Positions 9,423 through 20,285 are shown, counted from the first letter of the stretch. The stretch is DNA of 64,000 nt from Spirochaetaceae bacterium (GCA_031282145.1 JAITEG010000194.1:1373-65372); one strand, 5' to 3'. Notes: a model not told the origin generated them from the sequence alone. A program made the numbers and translations.

Positions 9423-10691
9423 ATGGAAAACAAACGATCCGGATCCTGGACCATGTTCAGAAGTATTTTTTTAGAAACCTTGATTTCCTTTGTGGTGGCT
9501 TTTCTTTTTTTCTTTTTTGTCTTTTTTGTAAATCAACTGTTGCTTATGGCGCAGGAGATTTTAACCAAAAAGGTTCCTTTTAGGCAGGTTGCCCTCTTGG
9601 TCCTCTTTTCCCTTCCTTCGGTGGTTGCCATGTCCGCGCCCTTCGCTTCCCTGGTAGGGACCCTGATGACCATAGGCCGCATGACTTCGGATAATGAAAT
9701 CCTCGTGATGCTTTCTTCGGGCCTTTCTTACCGGAATATTTTTATTCCCGCCATAACCATAGGAGTATTTATCTCTATCATGTCTTTTTTGGCCAACGAT
9801 ATACTGCTCCCCGCGGGAACCGTACAATTTACCCGGCTCTACCGGCGGATCCTGGTTTCAACTCCGGCGTTGGAACTGGAATCCAACTCGGTTAAACGGT
9901 TTAAAGATACGGTGGTGGTTACCGGTAATGTGGATAACACGTCCATAGATGACGTCCTTATATTGGATAAAACCAGTGACGGTGAGCGGCGCCTTATTAT
10001 GGCCCGGAACGCGGAACTGCGGGACGGCGGGCGGGAAGGGATGAGTCTTGACTTGACCAATGCCTTTGTGCAAACTTCCAAGGAAGTAGCCCGGCAGGAT
10101 TACGATTACGCTTCCAGCAGTTTTCTCCGGTACCTTATACCCCAGGACGATCTGATCCAGGCGGTTTCCAGCATCGGTCCCCGGGAGATGAGTTCCACCG
10201 ATGTGAAAAAGGAAATAAAAAACCAGGAGGAAGAGCTGGGAACCCGGCTTGACGAGGAGTATAATAGAGCCCTGGGGTATGCGTTGTCCCTGGAGACGGC
10301 CCTGCGGAACGGACCCCAGCGGGAAGAATGGAACCAGCGCTCAAATACGTTGGCATCTTTTGTAAAGGGCGTAGCCACCGCAGCGGTGATTAAAAATAAC
10401 CGGAACCTGCTCGTATACCGTCTTGAATATTATAAGAAATTTTCCATCCCCTTTGGGGCTCTTTCTTTTGTTTTTCTCGCGGTTTCCCTGGGACTTCTGG
10501 CTAAAAAAAGCGGTCAGACCGTGGGATTTATCTTTGGGCTTATCGTCGCGGTTATTTATTGGGCCCTGCTTTTGGGTGGACAGACCATGGGGATCCGGCT
10601 AGGATATTCGCCCTTCTGGTCCATGTGGTTTCCCAATATTTTGGCTATCTCCATAGGCCTGCTTATGGGTATTATCAGGATAAGGCGATGA
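9423..10691 (+). CDS. lptF: LptF/LptG-family (YjgP/YjgQ) permease
   Basis: 3 TM + periplasmic domain + 3 TM topology; GRMTSDNEILVM motif; paired with the next gene. Confidence 0.85.
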   Translation: MENKRSGSWTMFRSIFLETLISFVVAFLFFFFVFFVNQLLLMAQEILTKKVPFRQVALLVLFSLPSVVAMSAPFASLVGTLMTIGRMTSDNEILVMLSSGLSYRNIFIPAITIGVFISIMSFLANDILLPAGTVQFTRLYRRILVSTPALELESNSVKRFKDTVVVTGNVDNTSIDDVLILDKTSDGERRLIMARNAELRDGGREGMSLDLTNAFVQTSKEVARQDYDYASSSFLRYLIPQDDLIQAVSSIGPREMSSTDVKKEIKNQEEELGTRLDEEYNRALGYALSLETALRNGPQREEWNQRSNTLASFVKGVATAAVIKNNRNLLVYRLEYYKKFSIPFGALSFVFLAVSLGLLAKKSGQTVGFIFGLIVAVIYWALLLGGQTMGIRLGYSPFWSMWFPNILAISIGLLMGIIRIRR

Positions 10692-11752
10692 CCCTGGATC
10701 GTTATTTGATTCGGCAATTTTTGCCGATATTCTTTATTGCCGCTTTTATGTTTGTGTTCCTCATTTCCCTCATCGATCTCTTTGCCAATATATGGCGTTT
10801 TCTCAATTACGAGGTTCCCTTTAAGGAAATACTCCGGGTTTACTATTATTATTTACCCAAAAGCTTTTCCTTTGCCCAGCCTATTTCACTGCTTTTTGCC
10901 ACCGCCTATACCCTGGGGGATCTCTACGCGAGAAACGAACTGACCTCCATATTTTCTTCGGGGATTCCCTTTTGGCGTTTTAGTCTTTCCCTGGTGCTCA
11001 TTGGTATTCTCGCGTCGGTGTTTTCTTTTTATTTTGAGGATAGGGTGGTAATTCCGACCCTGAAGATCAAAAATGATCTGAGCCGTACCTATTTGCGGCA
11101 GGAAACCCGGGCGAATAATTCCGATATTGTGATCAAGGCAAAAGAGGGCAGGCTTATCTATGCGGTGGATTATTATGATGACAATGCCGTTGTGCTCAAC
11201 GGTTTGAGTATTATTGAAAAAGACGAAGCCGGAAATTTTTTGGCCCTAATCCGTGCTCCTTCGGCGTCCTGGACCGGAGAATACTGGTCCCTGTCCAATG
11301 CCCTGATTTACACCTGGGAAAATACCCTCCTCAGGGCCCGCTCTCTGGGGCAGACCGATAGTTACCGGGAAAGTCCCGATACCTTTAGACGGAGTTCCTA
11401 TGATGTGGAATCTCTGCCCGCCCGGGAAGCGGGTCTTTTGGTGGCCGACTTAAAGGCGGCGGGGCTTCCCTTTATCGGAGCTCTGGCGGATTATTATCAT
11501 CGTTTTTCTTATTCCGCGGTTTCCGTGGTGGTGATCATCCTGTCCATTTCTATGGGAGGGCGGTTTAAAAAAAACATACTGCTCATGAGTCTTTTGGCAA
11601 GCCTCCTCGTGGCGGTTGTTTTTTATGTTATGGAAATGATCACTATGATGATGGCCCGGCTTGGGTATATTCCTCCCCTGATAGGGGCGTGGTTTCCGGT
11701 GGCCGCCTTTATTGTGATCGGGATGCTCCTGCTCCAGAGCGCGAAAACCTAA
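10688..11752 (+). CDS. lptG: LptF/LptG-family permease
   Basis: MTLDRYL start, RNELTSIFSSGI and PPLIGAWFP motifs; ATGA overlap with the upstream paralogue. Confidence 0.85.
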   Translation: MTLDRYLIRQFLPIFFIAAFMFVFLISLIDLFANIWRFLNYEVPFKEILRVYYYYLPKSFSFAQPISLLFATAYTLGDLYARNELTSIFSSGIPFWRFSLSLVLIGILASVFSFYFEDRVVIPTLKIKNDLSRTYLRQETRANNSDIVIKAKEGRLIYAVDYYDDNAVVLNGLSIIEKDEAGNFLALIRAPSASWTGEYWSLSNALIYTWENTLLRARSLGQTDSYRESPDTFRRSSYDVESLPAREAGLLVADLKAAGLPFIGALADYYHRFSYSAVSVVVIILSISMGGRFKKNILLMSLLASLLVAVVFYVMEMITMMMARLGYIPPLIGAWFPVAAFIVIGMLLLQSAKT

Positions 11753-11768
11753 AGGATCCGGCTCGGCG

Positions 11769-12902
11769 ATGGAACATTTTTTTACCATTCACCACCGGGA
11801 TTCCTCCTGTAATGCCCGGATCGGGGTTATGGAACTGCCCCACGGTCCGGTGTCTACCCCGGTATTTATGCCCGTAGGAACCAACGGGACCGTGAAGGCC
11901 CTTACCAAGGATGATGTCAAGGAGATAGGGTTCGAGATCATCCTTTCCAATACCTACCACCTGTACCTGAGACCCGGAACCGAGGTGATAAGCGCCGCCG
12001 GGGGGCTTCATAATTTTATGCAATGGGATCGGAACATCCTTACCGATTCCGGGGGGTTTCAGCTCTTTTCCCTGGCCCCTTTTAGAAAAATAAACGATGA
12101 AGGGGTGGTGTTCCGCTCCCACATTGACGGTTCCCGCCATCTATTAACCCCCGAAAGGGTGGTGGAAATTCAATCCCTGCTGGGCAGTGATATACAGATG
12201 CAGCTTGACGTGTGCAGTCCCTGGGGGGTGACCTATCAAGACGCGGTAAAAGCCCTGGAGTTTACCGGCCTCTGGTTTTCCCGGGCAAAAAAGGCTTGGG
12301 AGATGGAGCGGGATAACGGGTATGGGGGAAAACTTTTTGCCATTGTACAGGGTAATTTTTTTAAGGACCTCCGGGAAAAAAGCGCCCTTGAAGTCATAGA
12401 CCAGGATCCCCAGGGCATTGCCATTGGGGGCCTTTCCGTAGGGGAACCGGCGGAGGTTTTTGAGGAATTTTTAAGTTATACCGCCGCCTTCTTACCCCCG
12501 GAAAAACCCCGGTATGTTATGGGTATAGGGACCCCCCGGTATATCCTGGATGCTATTGAACAGGGTATCGATATGTTTGACTGTGTGCTCCCCACCAGGA
12601 CCGGCCGGAACGGGTATGTTTTTACCCGAAACGGGGCCTTTGCGTTAAAAAAGGCGGAATACCGGCTTGATTTTGAGCCGATAGATAAAGCATGCGGCTG
12701 TAAAGTGTGCCGGGACTATAGCCGCGCTTATTTACGGCACCTTTTTAAAACCCAGGAGATCCTCTGTTCTATGCTGGTAAGTTATCATAACCTTTATTTT
12801 TTGTATGAACTCCTTCGGGACGCCCGGAGCGCCATTCGGGAAAACCGGTTTTTATCATTTAAGTCGGCTTTTCTAAAACAATTTACCGGGGGTGAGGGAT
12901 AA
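11769..12902 (+). CDS. tgt: tRNA-guanine(34) transglycosylase
   Basis: TPVFMPVGT, LTDSGGFQ, GGLSVGE and DMFDCVLPTR motifs; CxCxxC...H zinc site. Confidence 0.98.
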   Translation: MEHFFTIHHRDSSCNARIGVMELPHGPVSTPVFMPVGTNGTVKALTKDDVKEIGFEIILSNTYHLYLRPGTEVISAAGGLHNFMQWDRNILTDSGGFQLFSLAPFRKINDEGVVFRSHIDGSRHLLTPERVVEIQSLLGSDIQMQLDVCSPWGVTYQDAVKALEFTGLWFSRAKKAWEMERDNGYGGKLFAIVQGNFFKDLREKSALEVIDQDPQGIAIGGLSVGEPAEVFEEFLSYTAAFLPPEKPRYVMGIGTPRYILDAIEQGIDMFDCVLPTRTGRNGYVFTRNGAFALKKAEYRLDFEPIDKACGCKVCRDYSRAYLRHLFKTQEILCSMLVSYHNLYFLYELLRDARSAIRENRFLSFKSAFLKQFTGGEG

Positions 12903-12905
12903 AAT

Positions 12906-14288
12906 ATGCGGAGCCTTTTAAAAAATCCGCTTGCCGTGTTTTTTTTACTTTTTTTCGGAGAGGCGCTTGTTTTTTCCCAATCCTCACCGGATTCGGATCT
13001 GCCCCCGGCTAAAACCGTAGAGATCCAGCAGCTGGAAACGATCCGTTATGGTACGGAAAATGAAATAGCCGCGCTGATTCAGACCCTCAAAAATGAAAAT
13101 GCCTTTTATCTGGATGATGAACTTATCGTCCTCTTACAATCCACCAAGAACCGAATCATCCTCTCCGGGGTGTTTAGCTTTTTTGGGGAGCGGGGTAAAG
13201 AGGGCTTGGAGGAACGGGCCATAAGGGCGGTGAAAGAGCGGAACGATGAGGCAACTGAAACGGTAAACGCCGCCCTTGATTACCTGGGAAAAGTTAGAGC
13301 CCAGGATGCCGTCGATACCCTGAAGGATCTCATCGATCGGGATGAGCCGCGTTTTATGGGAAACGCCATCCGGGCCTTAGGTTTAGTGGCGAAGGTTCCT
13401 GAGGAAACCGCCGATAACACGGCGGAATATTTAATTGATTTTTGTACGAACCGTAATCCCGGAGATGAGAACCGCAAGGAAATTGTAACTGCCCTGGGGG
13501 AGTTGGGTTCCCGGGAGAGCGTGGCCTTTTTATCGGAAATTGCCGTTTCCGATGAAGAACGGCTGTCCCTGCGTATGGCGGCGCTGGATAGCCTTGCCAA
13601 GATCGGTGATCCTGCAGGGCTCGAGGCGGTTCTTACCGCCCTGGTTTCCCCGGATCCTAATGTGCGCTCCAGCGCCATAGCCGCCTTGGGCCCTTTTTCC
13701 GGTCAGATGGCGGAGAGCGCTATTTTGGAAGCCTTTCGAGATTCCTATTACCGGACCCGGATAAGCGCCGCTAAAGCCGCAGGGGAACGGAAATTCAGCG
13801 AAGCAATTCCCTACCTCCGTTTCCGCGCGGAAAGGGACGAGGTGGCCGCGGTGAAGGACGAGGCCATCCGGGCCTTGGGGGCCATTGGCGGTCAGGAAGC
13901 GGCCCTGGTTTTGGCGGATCTCTTTGGGGAACGGAAAAACACCGACCGGGTCAGGCTCCTCTCGGCGGAAATGCTGATTCGCCATAACGCCGACGATTAC
14001 GCGGAAAAGGTGATCCGTGAAATGGATGAAGCTAAAACGAAAAATCAAACCACTTTGTATAACGGGTTTCTCCGGATCCTGGGAAACGCCCGGACCGCTG
14101 CGGTCGAAGGTCTTGCCCGGCGTTTTTTCTCTTCCGGTGGGGTAGTTGAAAAGTCCTATGCCCTGGATATGACCGTAAACAACGAATTTCGGGGACTTGC
14201 CGCCCAGGTCAAAGAACTAACCGATGAAAAAAATGGCAGCCTTGCCCGAAAAGCCCGGGATGTGATCCAAAAATTAGGGCTGGATTAA
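12906..14288 (+). CDS. Exported HEAT/PBS-lyase repeat protein
   Basis: N-terminal signal peptide and repeated 'R..A..ALG.LG' helical units. Confidence 0.85.
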   Translation: MRSLLKNPLAVFFLLFFGEALVFSQSSPDSDLPPAKTVEIQQLETIRYGTENEIAALIQTLKNENAFYLDDELIVLLQSTKNRIILSGVFSFFGERGKEGLEERAIRAVKERNDEATETVNAALDYLGKVRAQDAVDTLKDLIDRDEPRFMGNAIRALGLVAKVPEETADNTAEYLIDFCTNRNPGDENRKEIVTALGELGSRESVAFLSEIAVSDEERLSLRMAALDSLAKIGDPAGLEAVLTALVSPDPNVRSSAIAALGPFSGQMAESAILEAFRDSYYRTRISAAKAAGERKFSEAIPYLRFRAERDEVAAVKDEAIRALGAIGGQEAALVLADLFGERKNTDRVRLLSAEMLIRHNADDYAEKVIREMDEAKTKNQTTLYNGFLRILGNARTAAVEGLARRFFSSGGVVEKSYALDMTVNNEFRGLAAQVKELTDEKNGSLARKARDVIQKLGLD

Positions 14289-16339
14289 TCCGGTTCCTGC
14301 CAATAACCGGGCACATCCACCGAATGAAGCAGCCGGTTCAGGGCTATGAGGGGATCCTCGTAACGATCTATCCGTATAAAAAGCTCATATTGTCTTTCTG
14401 AAATAATCCGTATAGGAATTCCCTCACAATTGGGAACCGGTTGGGAACCAAGGTCGGGAAAAAATTCCGGCTTCCGGGGAATAAAGGTGCATTGGGCGCC
14501 GTCGCTTCGGAGTTCCGCTATCCGGGGGGGTATGGGGACGAGGAAAATCAAAAAATCCGATTTGCCACCCCCGATGGTAAAGGAATAGCCGGGTTTAACC
14601 GTATGGATATTCCGCCGGCCGATGTTGGTGTTCTGATCCTCCACAAAGAGGGACAACATTAAAGGCCCGTTATCATGGCGGGGATTGTTTTTATAGGATT
14701 TTCCCGGGGGAATTTTTTGGGGGCTGTCGCTTCGGATTGGACCGCTCAGGGTTCTATCCTCGGGCGGCTTCGGGAAAACCCCAGGAAGAGGAGCCCCGGG
14801 AGACGTTTGGACCGCTTCTCTTTGGGGAACGGGCCTGGTGGGGGGGCTCACTTTTTTATCCCACAACACCGCCAGGGAATTTTCCCCCTGGTTCTTCACG
14901 GGACCACTGGGGAGGGCTCTATCTTCGGGCGGTTTATCAGGGTGGATCCCGGGACCGGGCTCCTCTGGAGGTATTGCGGCGGCTTCGTTTTTTAGGGCGG
15001 CCCCGGCGGAGGGGGCCAATTTTTTATCCCACCACGCTTTCAGGGAATTTGCCCCCGGCTCCTTCGTTTCCCGCTGATGCTGGTCCGGGGGATAAGCGGC
15101 TAAAGCGTTTTGTTGAATCCCATCGTTTTGGGCTTCCGGTTCCTCGGCAGGAACCGGCTTTGGGGGAAATTTACCGGCGGCATGGGCAAAGGTCCGGTTG
15201 GGAGAAGTCTGAAGCCGTTTTACCGTCAGAAAAATAATAAGAGCCAAAATCAGGATCACCCCAAGGATACCCCCGATAAACCAGGGCAGGGATAAACCGA
15301 ATAGGGATATGACAGCGGATTGCGGTCTTGGGGCGGTTTTCCCCGGCAAAACCTCCTGTTCCGTAAGTCCGGCTACGGGAGGCGGAACCGGTACTTCCTG
15401 ACCCGGTTCTGCCTGGGGTTCCGGTACCTGAGCCGTTGTCAGCCCTGCCGGCGGCGGGGCTGTTGGGACTTGGGCAGGCTGGGGTGTTGCCGCTTCTGTC
15501 GGCGGCTGTGCCTGGACTTGGGCGGGGCGAGGCGTTACCGGTCCCGCCGGCGGCGGGGCTGTCTGGATTTGGGCCGGCTGGGGCGTTGTCTGCTCTACCG
15601 GCGGCTGCGCCTGGGTTTGGGGAGGCCGGGACGGTGCCTGTCCTGCCGGTGGGACTGTCTGGGCTTGGGCGGATTGGGGCGGCCGGGACGGTACCGGAGG
15701 GGCCGGCGGTGCTTGGACGGGGGTCACCGGGCGATCCGGAATGGGTAACATCCGCCTTCTGCCTGAGGAGGGGCCGGTTCCCGCCAGCGGTACCGGAATA
15801 TAATAAAAATCTATTCCGGCCCTGTTTAAACGGGCGGTAGTTTGGGAAATAAGATTTTGTATGGAATCCTCCACCCGCCCTCCCTGCCGGGGATTATGAT
15901 CCCCGTCGGAGATAAACACTACCTTTTTTTTCCTTGTCCCCGGGATGGATACCACATATTGTTCTCCATAGGCCAAGGCTCCGGAAATATCCGAATAGGG
16001 ATCCAAGGGATAGAGGAGAAACAGACGGCCCATGATGGTTTCCACATCCCCCCAACCGGATATACGGCGGGTTATTTCCAACCGGGGAATATCGGAAAAG
16101 GATATAAGATGAAAGGTATCGCCCATACGCAGGAATTCTTTGAGAAAACTGCCGGTTACATATTCAAGGGTTTTTTGATATGAACCGCTCATACTTGAAG
16201 AAGTATCCAAAATCAATATCAAATCAAGGGGAGTTTCCTGTCCAAATGCGAAAAAAAAGGGCACCCATAATAATAAAGCCACTAAAAATATTTTTTTTAC
16301 GGATATTTGTTTCCCTTCTTTATAAATCCGGGATACCAT
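14285..16339 (-). CDS. Membrane-anchored VWA-domain protein with a Pro/Gln/Ala linker, one TM helix and a cytoplasmic tail
   Basis: MIDAS motif LILDTSSSM and ISDG; hydrophobic helix WFIGGILGVILILALIIF; GAGAGGAGG SD before the ATG at 16339. Confidence 0.85.
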   Translation of the reverse strand: MVSRIYKEGKQISVKKIFLVALLLWVPFFFAFGQETPLDLILILDTSSSMSGSYQKTLEYVTGSFLKEFLRMGDTFHLISFSDIPRLEITRRISGWGDVETIMGRLFLLYPLDPYSDISGALAYGEQYVVSIPGTRKKKVVFISDGDHNPRQGGRVEDSIQNLISQTTARLNRAGIDFYYIPVPLAGTGPSSGRRRMLPIPDRPVTPVQAPPAPPVPSRPPQSAQAQTVPPAGQAPSRPPQTQAQPPVEQTTPQPAQIQTAPPPAGPVTPRPAQVQAQPPTEAATPQPAQVPTAPPPAGLTTAQVPEPQAEPGQEVPVPPPVAGLTEQEVLPGKTAPRPQSAVISLFGLSLPWFIGGILGVILILALIIFLTVKRLQTSPNRTFAHAAGKFPPKPVPAEEPEAQNDGIQQNALAAYPPDQHQRETKEPGANSLKAWWDKKLAPSAGAALKNEAAAIPPEEPGPGIHPDKPPEDRALPSGPVKNQGENSLAVLWDKKVSPPTRPVPQREAVQTSPGAPLPGVFPKPPEDRTLSGPIRSDSPQKIPPGKSYKNNPRHDNGPLMLSLFVEDQNTNIGRRNIHTVKPGYSFTIGGGKSDFLIFLVPIPPRIAELRSDGAQCTFIPRKPEFFPDLGSQPVPNCEGIPIRIISERQYELFIRIDRYEDPLIALNRLLHSVDVPGYWQEPD

Positions 16340-16414
16340 AAATATCCTCCTCTCTAAATCCATAAGTCATGGAGGCGATTTTAAAATACCTTGAGGTTTG
16401 AACCGCCTCCATGG

Positions 16415-19099
16415 CTAAAAAGCTACCGCAGAAATACGCTCCACCTTATAGGATGCTTTTTCATCATTTATAGAAAAATTAAATTTTTCTCCTACCTTTT
16501 TGTTCAAAATCGCCCCGCCCAGGGGGGAGAGGTAAGAGATGATCCGGTTTTCAGGGTCCGATTCCCAGGGACCAAGGATGGTATACTCCTCTTTTTTACC
16601 GGTGATCTCGTTGGACAAAACAACCTTGGTTCCAAAGGACACCCGGGTGGTATTGACCGTGGCGGGATCAAATAATTGGGCCCGTTCAATCTCATCTTTC
16701 AGTTTTGCCACCGTTGAGTTGAGGATCTCCTGTTTCTCCTTAGCCGCCTTATATTCCGCGTTTTCCCGTAAATCTCCTAAGGAAAGGGCAAAGGCAATTT
16801 CTTTAGAGTTAGCCGGGACCTCCACGTCCATGATATGCTGAAGATACCGCTGTTTTTCCTCGTATTTGACTGCGGTTACCATGAGTCCCCGGGACACCTT
16901 CTTTTCCACATCCCTGAAGAATTTAAAGTTCGGATCCTTTTCCAAAATAAGACTGCGGAGGTTTAATTTATCCGCCGGATCCAGGTCCTTCACATCTTCT
17001 ATAAAGGTAAAAATCCGGATAATCGTATCAGGGTCCGCCTGATTAATAAAAGAAGCCAACATACCGTCTTTAAAAAGTATAGTGTATACCTGCTTATTTA
17101 TCTTGCGATTTTCTGTAGTATCCCGATGATTTTCGATTTCCCGGTAGGTTATATCCAAGATATGGATCAGGGTTATAAACTGTTTTTCCAGGGGAATTGC
17201 GGCTTTTTCAAACCACGGTTCGGTTTTATAGTTTTTAAAGAACCAGACCACCGCCTCCCGGTAATCCCGGTAATTTTCAAAACACTGCTGGACCAGGGAC
17301 ACGAGTTTTTCCTCATGTCCTTCTCTTATAAGACTCAGGATGATCGAATTTGAGGGGGCGAAGGGTAAGAGTTTTATATAAATATCCGGCCAGGAGGGCA
17401 CAAAAAGCTGAACATGCCGAAGGAATTCCTCTTTTAGTTTGTTGTCTTTGAGATTGAAAAACAAACCCGGTATCTCTTCGATTCCGTCAAAAATATCAAG
17501 GAAATTGAAGGAAAGTCCGGTCACCAGCTGGGGATACCGGCCGGCAAGCTCCTTGATAAGGAGGTAAGAGGCGACCACCTGTTCGTTAACCTGATTATAG
17601 GACCGGAGGTAACCCAAAAAATAGGCCATCATTTCGGTAAAATATTCCGAATCCAGCTCCACATCCTTTTGGGTGACATAGTTCCGGATAGTTGATACCC
17701 GGTCAAAGAAATTCCGTTCCGCCTTAAATTCATTATAGAGCTTTTCTTCTATACTGATGGGCCGTTCCCGGACCGTAAAGATATCAATATTTTCGGGACT
17801 GACCCCAAAGGAGGTATCCGATTTCAGAATTTCCCGTATTCTGGTACTCCAGGCAGTCCATTCCCCCACGGATAATATCGAAGGTACCAGTTCCGCCTTG
17901 ATCCGTTTGATGTCGCAGGAATTGTTAAAACTCTTGATCACCGTCTGTAATGCCCAGGAAGGATCGTTTTTTACCCGGTCATGGAGTTTTTCTTTTTTCT
18001 GGGTGGCTTTTAAAACCCAAATATGGGTTTTTGAGAGGGTTTGGAGGGCATTCACCGCCATTTTAAGGGACATGGAATGGGCCCGTTTCTTGGCGAAATC
18101 GATGGTGATCTCATCCCCCTGTACTTCGGCGATCCGACCGACCCCCCAGGTCCGGTGGTAGACGAAATTGCCCTTATCAAAGGCAATATGTTTTTCAAAA
18201 TCCAAAATAGCCTCATGGACATTACGCCAGTTTTGGGCAAGATTGGAAATACGGATATATTCTTCCAGCTGGCTATGGTTTGCGTATTTCTGCCTGAAAC
18301 ATTCGATAATTTCCTTCCTGGCCAGGGAATCTTTTTCATCGTACTGCAGAATAATCTTGAGGATATTGATGGCGGTATTGATGTCTCCCCGCTGTTTACA
18401 GGAACCGTATACATCCTCCAGGAGAAGTACCGCCTTTTCCTCACTGATGTTTTTGGAGACCTTTTTCTGAACATGAAGAAAAAAGTCGATGTCCTCGGGG
18501 CAATATTCCAGCAGTTTTACCCAGATTTCCCGTACATTGGTAAAGAGCTGCTTGTTGATATAACGGTGCAGGGCTTTTTTATAATAATCTACCGCCTCTT
18601 CCAGTTGGCTTTGTTTTTCATAATGTTCCGCCAGGGATTTGGCCAGATCCGCCTCTTCATAATCAACTTTAACCAGCCGCTCCCAAATGCCATAGATGGC
18701 CTCTTCCTCGTTTTCGTTTTTATAGCAATCCCCCAGGGTCCGCAGGGCAAATTTGGATTCCCCATAATCCAGGATCCGTTCGCAGAGGTATTTTACAATA
18801 TTCCACTTATGATTATCCACAAAAATAGTAACCAGGGTAATCAGGGCGGAATCGTCGATGATCTGCCGGGATAGGGCTATCATCCCCGAAATATAGAGGG
18901 CAATGATGCTGTTTTTGGTATGAACCAGATGTTCATCACAGAGTTTTTTAAGTTCATCGTATGCCCGTTTTTCCCCGGCTTCCTTCAGAACGAGATCCAG
19001 CTCTTTAAACTGGGTGGTTGAATAATTGCTGAGGGTGGCTCTGGTCCACTTTTCTTCGTTCAGCATTTCCTGCACATTTTTTAGGAGAGCTTCAGACAT
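16415..19099 (-). CDS. greA: Long-form transcription elongation factor GreA with a large helical/TPR N-terminal extension
   Basis: C-terminal GDLRENAEYKAAK and ISYLSPLGGAIL motifs; GGAG SD before MSEALL at 19099. Confidence 0.93.
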   Translation of the reverse strand: MSEALLKNVQEMLNEEKWTRATLSNYSTTQFKELDLVLKEAGEKRAYDELKKLCDEHLVHTKNSIIALYISGMIALSRQIIDDSALITLVTIFVDNHKWNIVKYLCERILDYGESKFALRTLGDCYKNENEEEAIYGIWERLVKVDYEEADLAKSLAEHYEKQSQLEEAVDYYKKALHRYINKQLFTNVREIWVKLLEYCPEDIDFFLHVQKKVSKNISEEKAVLLLEDVYGSCKQRGDINTAINILKIILQYDEKDSLARKEIIECFRQKYANHSQLEEYIRISNLAQNWRNVHEAILDFEKHIAFDKGNFVYHRTWGVGRIAEVQGDEITIDFAKKRAHSMSLKMAVNALQTLSKTHIWVLKATQKKEKLHDRVKNDPSWALQTVIKSFNNSCDIKRIKAELVPSILSVGEWTAWSTRIREILKSDTSFGVSPENIDIFTVRERPISIEEKLYNEFKAERNFFDRVSTIRNYVTQKDVELDSEYFTEMMAYFLGYLRSYNQVNEQVVASYLLIKELAGRYPQLVTGLSFNFLDIFDGIEEIPGLFFNLKDNKLKEEFLRHVQLFVPSWPDIYIKLLPFAPSNSIILSLIREGHEEKLVSLVQQCFENYRDYREAVVWFFKNYKTEPWFEKAAIPLEKQFITLIHILDITYREIENHRDTTENRKINKQVYTILFKDGMLASFINQADPDTIIRIFTFIEDVKDLDPADKLNLRSLILEKDPNFKFFRDVEKKVSRGLMVTAVKYEEKQRYLQHIMDVEVPANSKEIAFALSLGDLRENAEYKAAKEKQEILNSTVAKLKDEIERAQLFDPATVNTTRVSFGTKVVLSNEITGKKEEYTILGPWESDPENRIISYLSPLGGAILNKKVGEKFNFSINDEKASYKVERISAVAF

Positions 19100-19204
19100 C
19101 TCGTAACTCCTTGCCCCATAGGCATCGTATAAAATGGGGTATAAATTTATAATACTAAATTTATATCCCGGTGTCTTTACCGGTGTTCTATTCCCTGATA
19201 AAGC

Positions 19205-19236
19205 GCTTTCCCAACCCCGGTTGGTTTTGGGAAAGC
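19205..19236. repeat. REP-like palindrome (family A)
   Basis: GCTTTCCCAACCCC-N4-GGTTTTGGGAAAGC. Confidence 0.6.
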
Positions 19237-19249
19237 CCTTCAAGATACT

Positions 19250-20188
19250 CTAGTGCATATAACGCTCGTATATTTCCGGATCGAGGATCTTTATTTTCAA
19301 CATGGTCTCCTCAATAAGCCCTGGATTTTCCCGGATATTTTCATAATGATCGATGAGCCAAAAATACCGGTTGATAAGCCGGGGTATGAGCAGGGAAATG
19401 GTATCCGGGCGGCCCCGGATCTCGTTCTCCAAAGAAAAAATGGCTTGTTTTATCCGGCCTAATTCAATGGATTTTAGTTCCCGTTTGACGGAAAATACCC
19501 CAAAAAGGCGTCCATAGATCGGGATCCATTCCAAAAGTTCCTGCCCCGAATATCCCTTCTTTTTTACCCGGTCCGCGAGGCGTATAATCAACTCCGACTC
19601 CATGGCTCTGAGATTAACCCCCTGGGGATCCGTAAAAAACGCCTCCCGGAACAGTACCTTGGCAACCCTGGTTTCTTCCAAAAGGGCATTGACATCCGCC
19701 AGCTCTGCGAGGGTTTCCCCGTCCTCCCGCTTAAACCGGGCCGCCTGTTCCAGATATTTGAGGGCTTCCTCGTAGTTACCGACCCCTTTGTAACAACGTC
19801 CCACCTGTAACAACAATCCCGGATCATGCTGGTTTACCCCGTCTCCCAATACGTCTTCGAAGGACTTGAGGGCGGTAGAAAACACAAAACGCCGTACCGC
19901 ATAAAGACATGCGTCATATCCTTCCCCAATTCGATCCAAAAAATCATAAAAAGATTTCCATTGGGAAAGAATAAACCCCCCTTTATCATAGGGATCATGG
20001 AAATCATCCAAGCGTTTTATCCGTTCAAGCCACCAATTAAGGCATTTTAACCCATAAACCACCTCAGGATTATCATAATCCATCCCCAGGGCTTCATCTA
20101 AAACCCGCAGGGCTGAAGTTACATCTGAGGCTTTCAGGTTATCATAGGCTTTCTGAATGAGCCCCGGTACTGATGTTTCCGTATTCAT
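19250..20188 (-). CDS. Tetratricopeptide repeat protein
   Basis: TPR pattern LLLQVGRCYKGVGNYEEALKYLEQA. The ATG at 20188 was chosen because the longer ORF runs through a palindrome and promoter region. Confidence 0.8.
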   Translation of the reverse strand: MNTETSVPGLIQKAYDNLKASDVTSALRVLDEALGMDYDNPEVVYGLKCLNWWLERIKRLDDFHDPYDKGGFILSQWKSFYDFLDRIGEGYDACLYAVRRFVFSTALKSFEDVLGDGVNQHDPGLLLQVGRCYKGVGNYEEALKYLEQAARFKREDGETLAELADVNALLEETRVAKVLFREAFFTDPQGVNLRAMESELIIRLADRVKKKGYSGQELLEWIPIYGRLFGVFSVKRELKSIELGRIKQAIFSLENEIRGRPDTISLLIPRLINRYFWLIDHYENIRENPGLIEETMLKIKILDPEIYERYMH

Positions 20189-20214
20189 GGCTTGAATAAG
20201 TCTCACCCATTCGA

Positions 20215-20248
20215 GCTTGTTCCAAAACCGGGTCGATCTTGGAACAGC
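20215..20248. repeat. REP-like palindrome (family A)
   Basis: GCTTGTTCCAAAACC-N5-GATCTTGGAACAGC. Confidence 0.55.
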
Positions 20249-20285
20249 CAGAACTTTTAGAACTTTTTCGAAAATCTCTGGCTGC

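Noticed and set aside
16415-19099. ~900-aa GreA as a novelty
   Set aside because: Long-form GreA is already known in spirochaetes and chlamydiae.
19100-19243. N-terminal extensions of greA and other ORF-track starts (dut 8772, lptG 10559, rluB 27474, TPR 20296)
   Set aside because: They overlap upstream genes, palindromes or promoters; downstream starts have better SD or coupling context.
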